Below, piece after piece: positions 1-10,579 of a stretch of DNA of 64,000 nucleotides. The stretch lies in NCBI GenBank assembly GCA_047150005.1, contig AP038806.1, positions 64,001 through 128,000 on the forward strand, read 5' to 3'. A model generated the notes under the pieces. That model worked only from the letters and a program-made list of their open reading frames with translations. It was not told where the DNA came from and did no database searches. Position numbers and translations under genes: made by a program. The DNA is from Nitrospira sp. GTDB taxonomy: Bacteria > Nitrospirota > Nitrospiria > Nitrospirales > Nitrospiraceae. The stretch's first letter is position 1. Each line of letters starts with the position of its first letter.

Positions 1-1536
1 GGACACATGGCGGTGATCGACCGCCGGCCCATTCCCGAAGAACCGCGGGTTCAAGCGATCTTTCAGATCTTCGCTGCACGGGCTGCGGCTGAGTTGCAGC
101 GCCTTCTGGCAGAAGCGAAGGTGCGTCAGCGGGAAGAACAAGTCGGGCGGCTTCTCAGTAGCGCGATGGATGCGATCATCGAGCTGGATGATGAACTCCA
201 CATCATGCGCGTGAACCCAGCCACTGAAAGAGCATTCCGCTGTCGGGCGGACGATATGACCGGTCAGAACTTCCGATGCTTCGTGAGTCCGGATGATGCC
301 GGCAAGCTAGTAGCCCTGATCGCCGAGTTAGATGGACGTCCCGATGGTCAGCAGTCGCGCTGGGTTCCCGGCGGCCTCGCCGCCCGCTGTCCCGACGGCG
401 ACGTCTTCCCTGCCGAAGCAACGCTCTCCCTTTTCGAGTTACACCGCCGGAACTTCACGACATTGATCCTCCGCAATGTACTTGATCGGGTGGAAGCGGA
501 GAACAAGATCAAGTCGCTTACCGCGGAGACCGAATTATTGCGGGAGGAATTGCAGGCCCTCCACCCCGACGAAGCCTTGATCGGCGAGAGCCAGGCGCTT
601 CGACAGGTTTTACACGACATCGGTCAAGTCGCCGAAACCGACGCGACAGTGCTTATCCTGGGTGAGACAGGCACCGGCAAGGAGAGAGTGGCGCGCGCGA
701 TCCATGCGGCCAGTACGCGCCGGGCACGTCAGTTAATCATCGTGAATTGCGCGGCGATTCCCGCCACACTGATAGAGAGTGAATTGTTCGGTCATGAAGC
801 CGGGGCATTTACCGGCGCGACCAAAAAGCGCGAAGGCCGCTTTGCCCTCGCCGACAAGGGCACCATCTTTCTCGACGAGATCGGGGAACTCCCGCTCGGC
901 CTGCAATCAAAACTGCTCCGAGTACTCCAAGAAAGCGAGTTTGATGCCGTCGGCAGCTCTACTGCCAAGAAGGTCAACGTTCGGGTACTGGCCGCAACGA
1001 ATCGTGATCTGGAGAAATCCGTCCGGGAGTGACAATTCCGTGATGATCTGTTTTACCGGCTGAACGTGTTTCCTCTGCGTCTACCGCCTTTGCGCGAGCG
1101 CGATGACGATGTGGTGCGTCTGGCCTCTGCCTTCGCCCGCCGTTTCGCCGCCAAAATGGGCCGCGCGATCGCGCCGTTGACAGCCGAGCATGCCCGCCGG
1201 ATCAAGAGTTACAGTTGGCCCGGAAATGTGAGGGAACTGCAGAATGTGATCGAGCGGGCCGTGATTACAGCTACCGACGGCCAGTTGAATCTGGATCGCG
1301 CCTTACCGGAAGCCACGACCACGCCTCTCTCATTCGACCGTACAAGCGAGTCCAGGCCCGGACTCATTCGCACCGCGAAAGAAATGGAGAACCTGGAGCG
1401 CGGGAATATCATGCGCGCGCTCGACGTTGCAAAGTGGAAAGTCTCCGGCGAGAAAGGCGCGGCAGCGCTGCTAGGCATGAACGCCTCGACCCTCTCGTCG
1501 CGTATGAAAGCGTTGAAGATTCACAGGCCCAGCTGA
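1..1536 (+). pseudogene. Sigma-54 enhancer-binding activator (GAF end-PAS-AAA+-HTH, FhlA/NifA-like), 5' end outside window, interrupted by in-frame TGA at 1030-1032
   Basis: GETGTGKE Walker A, GAFTGA loop, FLDEIGE Walker B. ORFs 7..1032 and 1066..1536 are in the same frame and read ...SVRE*QFRDDLFYRLNVFP, with the stop at the Gly of the conserved GxFRxDLxYRLNV motif. WPGNVRELQN and C-terminal HTH follow. Confidence 0.9.
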
Positions 1537-1588
1537 ACCTACATTCTCTCTCGAACCGTCTCTTTGTTTCTCTCCGCTCTGTCACAGC

Positions 1589-1657
1589 TTTTCACGAGGA
1601 CTTGCGACATTTCACAAATCCTCTCATGACATTTCATGAATCGTGAAACCTCACAGA
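1589..1657. promoter_or_regulatory. Putative upstream activator sequence (enhancer) for the sigma-54 activator
   Basis: Repeated TTTCAC/TTTCAT units and a TTTCA-N7-TGAAA dyad (1632-1648), about 90 bp upstream of a -24/-12 promoter. Confidence 0.5.
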
Positions 1658-1720
1658 CCCCATCGCGGCCGTGCACCCTCCAACCTCTGGAAATTCGATA
1701 ACGTCATCAATGCATCGTTC

Positions 1721-1736
1721 TGGCATCGATGCTGCT
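1721..1736 (+). promoter_or_regulatory. Sigma-54 (-24/-12) promoter of the RND operon
   Basis: TGGCATCGATGCTGCT with exact GG-N10-GC spacing (GG 1722-23, GC 1734-35), directly downstream of a sigma-54 activator gene. Confidence 0.75.
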
Positions 1737-1826
1737 CTAGAGATCCCGCACCGGGACAATCACTTACAGCAAGAAGGAATTCAAGCTGTACATCAGGCTC
1801 ACATTTCTGAGAAAGCACGATCAGAC

Positions 1827-2975
1827 ATGATAGCGACAAGATGTTTAATCGCAACAATGTTTCTGCTGGTCGGTTGTGGGTCCAAGAAGGAGCCCCCCAC
1901 GGCTGTGGTGTCGTTCGCGTTGCAGGAGACCATTCAGGCTGAAGTTGTTGACATCAAACACACTTCGGTGCCCATCCGCGTTGAAGTGACCGGTCAGGTG
2001 GCGGCAATCTTCCAGGCTGCGCTTTCCAGCCGTATCCAAGGAACCGTCGATACACTGTTCGTTCGAGAAGGCACATCGGTCGTCAAGGGACAGACGCTCA
2101 TTCAGCTGGATAACCGCGACGTACAGGCCGACTTGGCGCGTGCCGCGGCGGATGTAGAGAACACGAAGGCCCAGTTCGACCGCATGAACCAGCTGTACGC
2201 CGAAGATGCCGTTTCAAAACAGGAAATGGAGAATGCGACTCGTGCTTACAAGGTAGCGGAAGCCAACCGCAAGGCAGTGCTCGCACAGCTGAGTTATACG
2301 ATTGTCAAGGCGCCGTTCGAGGGCATCATTACCGAGAAAATGGTGGAAGCAGGTGAACTGGCCTCGGCAGGACAGCTCCTGTTGAGGATGGAAAATCCCC
2401 GGCAATTACGGCTTAACGCGACTGTGGCGGAGGGAGATTTGAAATCGATATCTCTCGGAGACAAGATTTCTGTGGTGATTGACGCCGTGGGTGATCAAGC
2501 GCTGGACGGCGTCGTCGGCCAAATTCTGCCAGCTGGCGATTCGCAAACCCACACGTTCACCGTGAAAGTGGACTTACCTGCGGAATCTGGGTTGAAAACT
2601 GGTATGTTCGGACGATTCCAATTGGATAAAGGAACTAGCAAGACGATTCTCGTGCCATGGACCGCCGTCGTCGAACGGGGTGAACTCACGAGCGTCTTTG
2701 CCGTTGGCTCAGATGGAATCGCCCGCCTTCGCTGGGTCAAAGTCGGTCGGCGGCTCGACCAACAGGTCGAAATCCTGTCCGGTGTGAATGTCGGCGAGTC
2801 GGTGCTGCTTGATGCGACCCGCGGCATCGACGGCGCGGCAGTCAGGATCGTCCATGCAGCGGGATCGCCCGTCCTGCCGACACTGTGTCGCGTGCCGTGT
2901 CAGTCACCTCAGTCACGGGTTGCGAGTTCTGTCTTCAAGGGTTCTGCTAGCGGTCTCTATACCTTGAAACATTAA
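1827..2975 (+). CDS. RND efflux periplasmic adaptor (MFP), lipoprotein
   Basis: Lipobox LLVGC after ATG 1827, lipoyl-like halves (SSRIQGTV...VREG..V.KGQ.L and APFEGII), alpha-hairpin, GLKTGMFG. Precedes the RND permease. Confidence 0.9.
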   Translation: MIATRCLIATMFLLVGCGSKKEPPTAVVSFALQETIQAEVVDIKHTSVPIRVEVTGQVAAIFQAALSSRIQGTVDTLFVREGTSVVKGQTLIQLDNRDVQADLARAAADVENTKAQFDRMNQLYAEDAVSKQEMENATRAYKVAEANRKAVLAQLSYTIVKAPFEGIITEKMVEAGELASAGQLLLRMENPRQLRLNATVAEGDLKSISLGDKISVVIDAVGDQALDGVVGQILPAGDSQTHTFTVKVDLPAESGLKTGMFGRFQLDKGTSKTILVPWTAVVERGELTSVFAVGSDGIARLRWVKVGRRLDQQVEILSGVNVGESVLLDATRGIDGAAVRIVHAAGSPVLPTLCRVPCQSPQSRVASSVFKGSASGLYTLKH

Positions 2976-2994
2976 AGTCAGAAACGGCTAACGA

Positions 2995-5811
2995 ATGACG
3001 AACTACCGCCATGGCCTTTCCGGCCGTATCGCCGCCCTCTTCATCGGCAGCAAGCTGACGCCGCTCATCATGTTGGGGGCGTTGCTTCTGGGACTGTTTG
3101 CGGTCATTGCGACGCCACGTGAAGAAGAACCGCAGATCGTCGTTCCCATGGCCGATGTCTGGCTGCCGTTTCCCGGCGCCTCCGCCAAGATCGTCGAAGA
3201 ACAACTGACCAAGCCGTTCGAGCGCAAGCTCTCCGACATTAAGGGTGTGGAGTACGTGTATTCGATTTCAAGGCCGGACGGGGCGCTGATCATCGTCCGT
3301 TTCTATGTTGGCCAGCCGATGGAGCAGAGTTTGGTCGATCTCTATGACAAGCTGATGTCAAATCAGGACCTCTTGCCGCCGGGGGCCGAACCCTTTGTGG
3401 TTAAGCCAAAGGATGTGAACGACATCCCGATCGTGACGATCACCCTGTCGAGTGAACAGTATGGCGAATTCGAATTGCATCAATTGGCTGAGCAGGTGTT
3501 GGAGGAGGCCAAGAAGGTGGCCGGCACATCCGGTGGCTTCATCGTCGGCGGCCGGGCGCGCGAGCTGCGGGTACAGATAGACCCGGCAAGGCTGAAGGCC
3601 TATGGGCTGACTCCCTTGCAACTCGCGGCCGTCATTCGCAGAGAGAATCGAGCTTTGCCGACGGGCCGGTTCGACAGCCGCAATCAGAACTTCCTTGTGG
3701 AGACCGGCCGCTTCGTTCGATCGCGGGAAGACCTGGAAGGCTTGGTCGTCGGCGTGAGCGATCAACGACCGGTCTACCTGAGGCAAACGGCAGAGATCAT
3801 CGACGGGCCGGCCGAAACGGCGAGCTATGTCTGGTTCGGTCTCGGCGCCGGTGATGCCCGTGAAACGTTGAGCGTGAAACGTGAAGCGGGGCTTACGAAC
3901 GACGCTTCACGAGATACGCTTCACGAATATCCCGCGGTGACCGTGGCCATTGCCAAGCAGGCTGGCGTCAACGCGGTGACTGTGGCCCAGAACGTGATCC
4001 GCAAGGTTGAAGACATGAAAGGCGTGACGGTGCCGTCGGATGTCCGAGTCACCATCACGCGTGATTACGGGGAGACCGCGCAAGAGAAGGCCAACGAACT
4101 GCTGTGGCACCTGCTCATCGCCGTCGTTGCCGTGGTCCTCTTCCTCGGCGTTGCGTTGGGACCGCGCCCGGCTTTCGTTGTATCCATCGCGATTCCACTC
4201 ACTCTTGCTTTGACACTCTTTACTTCCATGCTCATCGGCTATACGATCAACCGCGCAACGCTATTCGCCCTGATCTTCTCCATCGGCATTCTGGTGGACG
4301 ACGCCATTGTCGTCGTCGAGAACACGTACCGACATCTGCGGCTGCGCCTTCGTCCCCATGACGAAGCGGCCATTTATGCCGTCGATGAAGTCGGAAACCC
4401 GACGATTCTGGCGACCTTCACGGTCATCGCCGCGCTCCTTCCGATAGCGTTCATATCCGGTTTGATCGGCCCCTACATGAGGCCGATTCCCATCAATGCC
4501 TCCATCGCCATGTTCTTTTCCTTGCTCGTCGCCTTCGTGGTGATCCCGTGGTTCTGCCGAACCTGCTATCGTCCCGGGGTTGTCGTCAAAGGCGTTGCTC
4601 ACGACGAAAATGAAACCGGCTTAACGGCGCGCCTCTATCGGCGGGCGCTCTCTCCTCTGCTGGTCCGGCCGTTGTTGGCCTATTCGTTTTTGGGCGTGGT
4701 CGCGATCTTGTTGGTCGGATCATGCCTCTTGTTTTACACGCGACACGTGGTCATGAAGATGCTGCCCTTCGACAATAAGAGTGAGTTCCAGTTGGTGATC
4801 GATATGCCGGAAGGGACGACGCTGGAGGAAACCGCCCAGGCCACTAAGGCTCTGACGCAATATGTCCGCAGCGTTCCCGAGGTGCGAGACTACCAGGCCT
4901 ATGTCGGTACGGCCTCCCCCTTCAACTTCAACGGCCTGATGCGCCATTACTTCCTCCGGTCGTTGCCGCACGAGGCCGATATTCAGATCAACCTGGTGCC
5001 CAAGGCTGAACGACGAACTCAGAGCCATGACATCGCGCAGCGGATTCGTCCCTCTATTCAAGAGATCGCGCGGCAGTATGGCGCGAACGTCAAGATCGTT
5101 GAAGTGCCGCCGGGTCCGCCCGTCCAGTCGGTGTTGGTGGCGGAGATTTACGGACCCGACTATGACCGGCAACTTGCCGTAGCGAGCGAGGTTCGAGCTC
5201 TGTTCGAGTCCACACAGGGGGTTGTCGATGTAGACGATTCGGTCGAGGCGGATCAGGTGAAGTACGTCTTCACGGTCGATCAAGCGAAAGCCGCTCTCGC
5301 CGGAATTCCTTCCGAGGAGATTGTGAACACGTTGCACATGGCATTGAGTGGAACAAAAGTCGGGCTCGTCCATATTCCTCGCGAGAAGAGCCCCGTACAA
5401 ATCGTGCTGCGTTTACCGTTGGCGGAGAGGACGGGCCTCGAACATATCGGCGAACTTGGATTGCGGACAATGAGCGGCGCGATCGTTCAGCTCTCCGAAC
5501 TGCTCACGGTCGAGGAGATGGTCCAAGACAAGGCGATTTACCATAAGAACCAGAAGCCGGTGGTCTATGTGGTCGCAGATGTGGGAGGACCAGGCGCAGA
5601 GAAGGCAGAGAGTCCCGTGTACGGCGTCCTCGAAGTCGGAAAGAAACTGAACAACTATCGGCCGGTCGAAGGATATCGGATTGAACAATACTACGCCTCC
5701 CAACCCTGGTCGGAAGATACGATCGCGATGAAATGGGACGGGGAATGGCACATCACCTATGAGACGTTCCGAGACATGGGCATCGCCTTTGCCGTTGCGA
5801 TGTTGCTGATT
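2995..5811 (+). pseudogene. RND efflux permease (AcrB/CusA superfamily), 5' part, interrupted by IS481
   Basis: REEEPQIVVP and GILVDDAIVVVEN motifs. The frame rejoins after the IS as ...[25 protein letters not shown]. Confidence 0.93.
3859..3925. repeat. Inverted heptamer-repeat element inside the RND coding sequence
   Basis: CGTGAAA CGTTGAG CGTGAAA CGTGAAG, then inverted GCTTACG AACGACG CTTCACG AGATACG CTTCACG. Translated in frame (RETLSVKREAGLTNDASRDTLH). Confidence 0.75.
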
Positions 5812-6960
5812 TGTGGAAGCTAGAACTTAATCTGACAGTCAGCTAGAGTCCTCCCTCTTCACGAAAGGAGCGAGGACCATGACGACGGAACAAAAGATCA
5901 TTAAGACGAAAGTCGGCGTGCTGGAACTGGCGAAGCAGCTCGGCAATGTCTCCAAAGCCTGCCAGCTGATGGGGTATAGCCGCGATAGTTTCTATCGATT
6001 CAAGGAACTCTACGAGACCGGCGGCGAGGCCGCGCTTCAAGAGATTTCGCGGCAGAAGCCGCTCCTCAAGAATCGGGTGGCACCCGAGGTGGAACAGGCC
6101 ATCGTGCAGATCGCTATTGAGCAACCCGCGTGGGGACAAGCCCGCGTGGCGAATGAACTGCGCAAGCAGGCGCTGTCCATCTCCCCAGCGGGCGTGCGCT
6201 GTATCTGGCTCCGCCATGATCTCGCAACGATGCGGAAACGCTTAAAGGCACTGGAAGCGAAGGTAGCCCAAGCGGGACTGGTGCTTACCGAGGCCCAAGT
6301 CGTGGCGCTGGAGAAGGCGACGGCGGACAAAGAGGCCCACGGCGAATTTGAGAGCGAATGTCCCGGCTACTGCGGCGCGCAGGATACGTTCTACGTCGGC
6401 ACCTTGAAGGGCGTCGGCCGCATCTACCAGCAAACCTTCATCGATACCTACAGCAAGGTGGGATTTGCGAAGCTGTACGACCGCAAGACGCCGGTGACGG
6501 CCGCGGAATTGCTCAATGATCGGGTCTTGCCGTTCTTCGAGCAGCATGCCATTCCGCTGAACCGTGTGCTCACGGATCGCGGCACGGAATACTGTGGAAC
6601 TCCGGAGCGCCATGAGTACGAACTCTATCTGGCCGTGGAGAACATCGATCATACGCGCACCAAGACGCGGCATCCCCAGACCAACGGGATCTGTGAACGG
6701 TTCCACAAGACCATGTTGAACGAGTTTTACCGCGTGGCGCTCCGCAAGAAGATCTATCGAACGCTGGAGGACCTCCAGGCTGACTTGGATGCGTGGATCC
6801 AGGAGTACAACGAGCAGCGCCCCCACCAAGGGCGCTGGTGCTATGGCAAGACACCGATGCAGACGTTTCTCGATAGTGTGCCACTGGCCAAGGAGAAAAT
6901 GTTAGCGGCCTAAACCCGGTGAGGACTCGCTGTCTGTCAGATGAAGTCGTGAGTTATACA
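5812..6960 (+). mobile_element. IS481-family insertion sequence, 1149 bp
   Basis: TGT...ACA ends, imperfect terminal IRs (23/32 identity by manual alignment, core ACTT.ATCTGACAG.CAGC), 7-bp direct repeat GCTGATT at 5805-5811 and 6961-6967. Confidence 0.95.
5879..6913 (+). CDS. IS481-family transposase (HTH + rve integrase core)
   Basis: N-terminal HTH ([18 protein letters not shown]), DDE residues in QDTFYVG / TDRGTEY / [27 protein letters not shown]. Confidence 0.95.
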   Translation: MTTEQKIIKTKVGVLELAKQLGNVSKACQLMGYSRDSFYRFKELYETGGEAALQEISRQKPLLKNRVAPEVEQAIVQIAIEQPAWGQARVANELRKQALSISPAGVRCIWLRHDLATMRKRLKALEAKVAQAGLVLTEAQVVALEKATADKEAHGEFESECPGYCGAQDTFYVGTLKGVGRIYQQTFIDTYSKVGFAKLYDRKTPVTAAELLNDRVLPFFEQHAIPLNRVLTDRGTEYCGTPERHEYELYLAVENIDHTRTKTRHPQTNGICERFHKTMLNEFYRVALRKKIYRTLEDLQADLDAWIQEYNEQRPHQGRWCYGKTPMQTFLDSVPLAKEKMLAA

Positions 6961-6967
6961 GCTGATT

Positions 6968-7486
6968 TACCTCCTGATCGTCGGGCAGTTCCAATCCTTT
7001 CTCACGCCGCTGATTATCATGGCTCCGATTCCACTCACGCTGATCGGCATTCTACCGGGCCATTGGTTGACAGGGTCGTATTTCACAGCCACGTCAATAA
7101 TTGGCTTCATCGCGCTCGCCGGCATCATCGTCCGGAACTCAATTTTGCTCGTTGATTTTGTCCAGATTCAAGAGCGTGCGGGTGTTCCGTTGCTGGAGGC
7201 AGTCATTAAGGCCGGCGCGATCCGTACCAGACCGATCCTCTTGACGGCCGCCGCGCTCATGGTGGGCGCCTTCGTGATCATTCTCGATCCGATCTTTCAG
7301 GGGCTGGCTGTATCTCTCCTTTTTGGCGTAGGAGCTTCGACGTTGCTCACACTGCTCGTGATCCCATTGCTCTACTATCACATCGTTGGACAAACGCCCC
7401 AATATGGCCGTCATTCCGTCACAAGTGCGATGGCAAACGGAGAAGCGGTCACTCATCGCGTGCAGGCGGAACGAGTTTCGGTTTGA
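6968..7486 (+). pseudogene. RND permease 3' remnant (last transmembrane helices)
   Basis: [19 protein letters not shown] and RTRPILLTA motifs; continues the frame broken at 5811. Confidence 0.9.
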
Positions 7487-7585
7487 GCGAGCAGATAAGG
7501 CCTTCTGCAAGAGACCGTGGTTTCTCACACCGAGTTCTGCTTTCGTCGTCATCCCTTTATGAGAATTCATACATCCGCTCGGCGG

Positions 7586-7693
7586 ATTTCACGACTTGTG
7601 AGATTTCACGGGTAGCTGGATTTCTCTGCCATACCTCGAACCTGCTGAAATTCCATCTCGATTCTATTTCATCGGGCCAGCATTGAAGCTGCT
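7586..7693 (+). promoter_or_regulatory. Degenerate paralogous copy of the 1631-1736 enhancer plus sigma-54 promoter
   Basis: ATTTCACGACTTGTGAGATTTCACGG matches 1631-1656 at 19/26 positions. CCAGCATTGAAGCTGCT aligns to CTGGCATCGATGCTGCT with the -24 GG changed to AG. Spacing is 93 vs 91 bp. Confidence 0.6.
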
Positions 7694-7933
7694 GCTCAAT
7701 ACCGAGACAGGCGAACTGATCTCCTTCTCCAGCTATACTCCGCCCCCCAGCGGCAAGTGGATGCTTCGCCGTCCACTGATATTGCCGGGTAGTCCAGTGC
7801 CTCTATTCCTCGAAGCTCGTGGTCTCCCTTCGAGGACCGAGTGCAGCCAGGCGAAACCAGTCGCGCCGAACTCTGAACCCACGGCATAAAACAGAGACTC
7901 TCCTCTACTCCGCCCTACACCGTCTCACCGGCG

Positions 7934-8392
7934 TTAGTTCCAATTGTCGATCTTGATGTCGTGGGGCGAGGGCTTCCCTTTCCCGGTCTCAACGAGATCC
8001 CTCAGACTCAACAGGAACGTGGCCCATTTCATGCTGCAATGAGAGGTAAATGCGCTTGCCTCGCGCCAGTTCTTGTGAGCGAAAAGCACGATCGTGTACT
8101 CGCCTTCCTGGGATAGGTTGAAAATGACGTCGGTCCCCATCCATTCCTCTGGACCGGACGCCACGCGCCAACGCACTGTCTTGTCGGCATCGAGCGCTGT
8201 AACTTCCATGACCATGCTACCGATCTCTTTTCCATCCGTAGAATGGAAGCACACTTCAATTGTTCCTCCAATCTTGGATGAGCCGGACGTATGTTTTGTC
8301 CACCAGCCGGTGACGCCATCGACCGTCGATAACGCTGCGTACACTTTCGCAACCGGCGCCTTGATTCCAACCCTGTGCATGATGTCGACCAT
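7934..8392 (-). CDS. SRPBCC/AHSA1-domain protein
   Basis: DIMHRVGIKAP..VYAAL...G...WW, GPEEW.GT, W..FL.SL...VETGKG.P pattern; GGAGG RBS before ATG 8392. Confidence 0.85.
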   Translation of the reverse strand: MVDIMHRVGIKAPVAKVYAALSTVDGVTGWWTKHTSGSSKIGGTIEVCFHSTDGKEIGSMVMEVTALDADKTVRWRVASGPEEWMGTDVIFNLSQEGEYTIVLFAHKNWREASAFTSHCSMKWATFLLSLRDLVETGKGKPSPHDIKIDNWN

Positions 8393-8523
8393 AGCTTCCT
8401 CCATTCAGTTGTGACAGATTCTTACAACGTCCCCATAGCCGATCCATCGGCAAGGCTTACCGTCGGCTTTCTTTGTGTAGTCGTTTGGAAACGTCAAAAT
8501 CGACCGTTGCCCCCCCAGGTGTA

Positions 8524-8874
8524 TCACCTGCTCGACTTGCAACCGAGCCAGAAGCATGCTGTTGAGAGGGCGCCGAAGAGGGCGAAGAAGACCATCGGTT
8601 GCCACGTCCCGTGGAGAAGGCTGAGGGCGGCAAGAGCCACCACGAGCGACCAGCCTTTGGCGAACTTGAATAGACGCGCTTGCATTGAGAACTGCTCCGG
8701 CTTTCCCGATGTCCGTCCTACCGCCAGCGAAGCGACTAGTCCAATGACGACCGCTACATACAACCACTCCTCGATGTCAGACATCATCGAGAAAATGAGG
8801 ACGAGGGCGATTCCCAAGGGGGCCCATGCGGTCAGTCTGTCAGGGCTTGCCCCTGTTTGCTCCGTGATCGGCAT
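8524..8874 (-). CDS. Small hypothetical membrane protein (about 4 TM)
   Basis: Four hydrophobic segments in the 3' part of ORF 8524..9054; start uncertain. Confidence 0.5.
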   Translation of the reverse strand: MPITEQTGASPDRLTAWAPLGIALVLIFSMMSDIEEWLYVAVVIGLVASLAVGRTSGKPEQFSMQARLFKFAKGWSLVVALAALSLLHGTWQPMVFFALFGALSTACFWLGCKSSR

Positions 8875-9257
8875 TTCTGTGCATATCCTTCTTCCACGAA
8901 CCATGCGTGACTCGACTGCGTATCCTGAAGCCATGGGGACGCCGGCGGACGAGCAAGCAAGACGACTCTCGCAAAACGCCACCAAGAAAGCCTCGCAGTT
9001 GCAGCGCAAGGAACAGGAAGCCCTGTGCATGCCACTAGCTATTCCGGCCACCACCTGCTATAGTGCGGCTGTTTCATCGCGGCGGGCCTCGCATGAAACC
9101 TTGCATTGATACGGCCCATCACCGATATTGTTGTTACCGAGAATCTGATCGGAAGCCTGACCTAAGCCGCCTCATCTGATTGCGTCTTCGGCCCTTTCCT
9201 TCCCCTCGTACATATCTCGCGTTTCAGACAATGTCATTTTCAGAAGGAGGAACCCTC

Positions 9258-9563
9258 ATGGGTTCAAAACTATATGTCGGCGGCTTGCCCTATGCGGCAA
9301 CCGAGACGCAACTCACCACCTTGTTTGCCGCCCACGGCACCGTCGAATCAGCGCGCGTGATCGCAGACAAGTTTACGGGACAGTCACGCGGCTTCGGCTT
9401 CGTGGAAATGTCCACGCCGGAAGAAGCCCAGGCGGCCATCGCCGCCTTGAACGGCTCGCAAATGGACGGTCGCTCGTTGACCGTGAACGAAGCGAAGCCG
9501 CAAGAACCCCGTAGCGGCGGACGCGGGAATAGCTTCGGCGGCGGTCGCAACAATCGGTTCTAG
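9258..9563 (+). CDS. RRM RNA-binding protein with Gly/Arg-rich tail
   Basis: RNP2 LYVGGL, RNP1 RGFGFVEM, VNEAKP; AGGAGG RBS. Confidence 0.95.
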   Translation: MGSKLYVGGLPYAATETQLTTLFAAHGTVESARVIADKFTGQSRGFGFVEMSTPEEAQAAIAALNGSQMDGRSLTVNEAKPQEPRSGGRGNSFGGGRNNRF

Positions 9564-9581
9564 CTGCGACGATCCGAACAC

Positions 9582-9606
9582 AGGGGCGCCTGCATAAGGC
9601 GCCCCT
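9582..9606. terminator. GC-rich hairpin between convergent genes
   Basis: AGGGGCGCCT-GCATA-AGGCGCCCCT perfect 10-bp stem; no clear U-tract. Confidence 0.6.
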
Positions 9607-9646
9607 CCTCATCCTCTCCCTCAATCCGGACGTTCATCCCCGCTTC

Positions 9647-10423
9647 CTACGATTTCCATCCGGAGAGCACGCACCGCTGAGCGATCAACGGCGCGAAGCT
9701 CGGCACGTCCTCCGACACGGCCGTCATGACCTCGTCGGCGAGTTCGGAGTCCTCAAAACACTCGTAGACGTCGTCGAGAAATCCGCCGCGCAACAACGGA
9801 TCCTGCAAAAACGCGGGTCCGTGACCGGCGGCGACTTCCAAGGGATCCTCGCTCACGACGATGCGTTCGAAACCGAGCTTGTGGAGCCACCCACGGCCTT
9901 CCTCAGCGGACGGTCGTTCGGCGACATAGGCTTCAAGCCGGCGCCGTTCTTTCCGCAAATGCCGGACCGCCATTTCCTGATCCACTCTCCGCCACAGAGA
10001 ATCGAACGTGCCCAGGGAGGGAAATGTCAGGACGAGTTGTCCTCCCGGCTTCAAGTGTGCCGACAAACCCTGGAGCACCGCGAACCGATCAGGTCGAAAG
10101 AACATAACCGACAGATTCCCGGTGATGCGATCAAAACTCGGCAGGTCCGACGGCAGCGCCCGCATATCCAGACACTCGAACCGTAACCACGGGAGCTGTC
10201 GCCCTTGAATCATTCTCGCACGCATCACCTGATTCGCATTGAGATCGATCCCGAGCACCTGTCCCGTCTGGCCTACCTGCTCGGCAAGATAGAAGGCAGG
10301 AATTCCATGCCCTGAAGCCACGTCCAGAATTGTGGCTCCCGGAAAGAGATGGAGGTGCGCGAGCAAGGACTCGGCGAACGGCGTCGACCAATAGTCATGC
10401 TTGGGCAGAGGCCAGAACGGCAC
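9647..10423 (-). CDS. Class I SAM-dependent methyltransferase
   Basis: ILDVASGHG motif I, VLGIDL, FDRI, LKPGGQLVL. Confidence 0.85.
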   Translation of the reverse strand: MPFWPLPKHDYWSTPFAESLLAHLHLFPGATILDVASGHGIPAFYLAEQVGQTGQVLGIDLNANQVMRARMIQGRQLPWLRFECLDMRALPSDLPSFDRITGNLSVMFFRPDRFAVLQGLSAHLKPGGQLVLTFPSLGTFDSLWRRVDQEMAVRHLRKERRRLEAYVAERPSAEEGRGWLHKLGFERIVVSEDPLEVAAGHGPAFLQDPLLRGGFLDDVYECFEDSELADEVMTAVSEDVPSFAPLIAQRCVLSGWKS

Positions 10424-10579
10424 GGCGCACCTTTATAGAATAATCCGGGTCGGCCGACGCGTGAGGGTTGGCTCCTCACCGGCGGTTCAGACTATCCAGG
10501 CAGGATGATGCACTGATGCCGGCACACGATGCAACAGACGCGCAGCGGGGTTCCTCCGAGCCGAACATAACGTCCGGCA

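Noticed and set aside
1030..1080. Selenocysteine recoding of the in-frame TGA
   Set aside because: The position corresponds to a conserved Gly, not Cys, and I see no convincing bacterial SECIS hairpin downstream.
1671..1826. N-terminal extension of the MFP ORF
   Set aside because: It overlaps the sigma-54 promoter, and the lipoprotein signal begins at ATG 1827.
7683..7889. Gene downstream of the second promoter copy
   Set aside because: The start lies inside the promoter box, with no RBS and no recognisable family.
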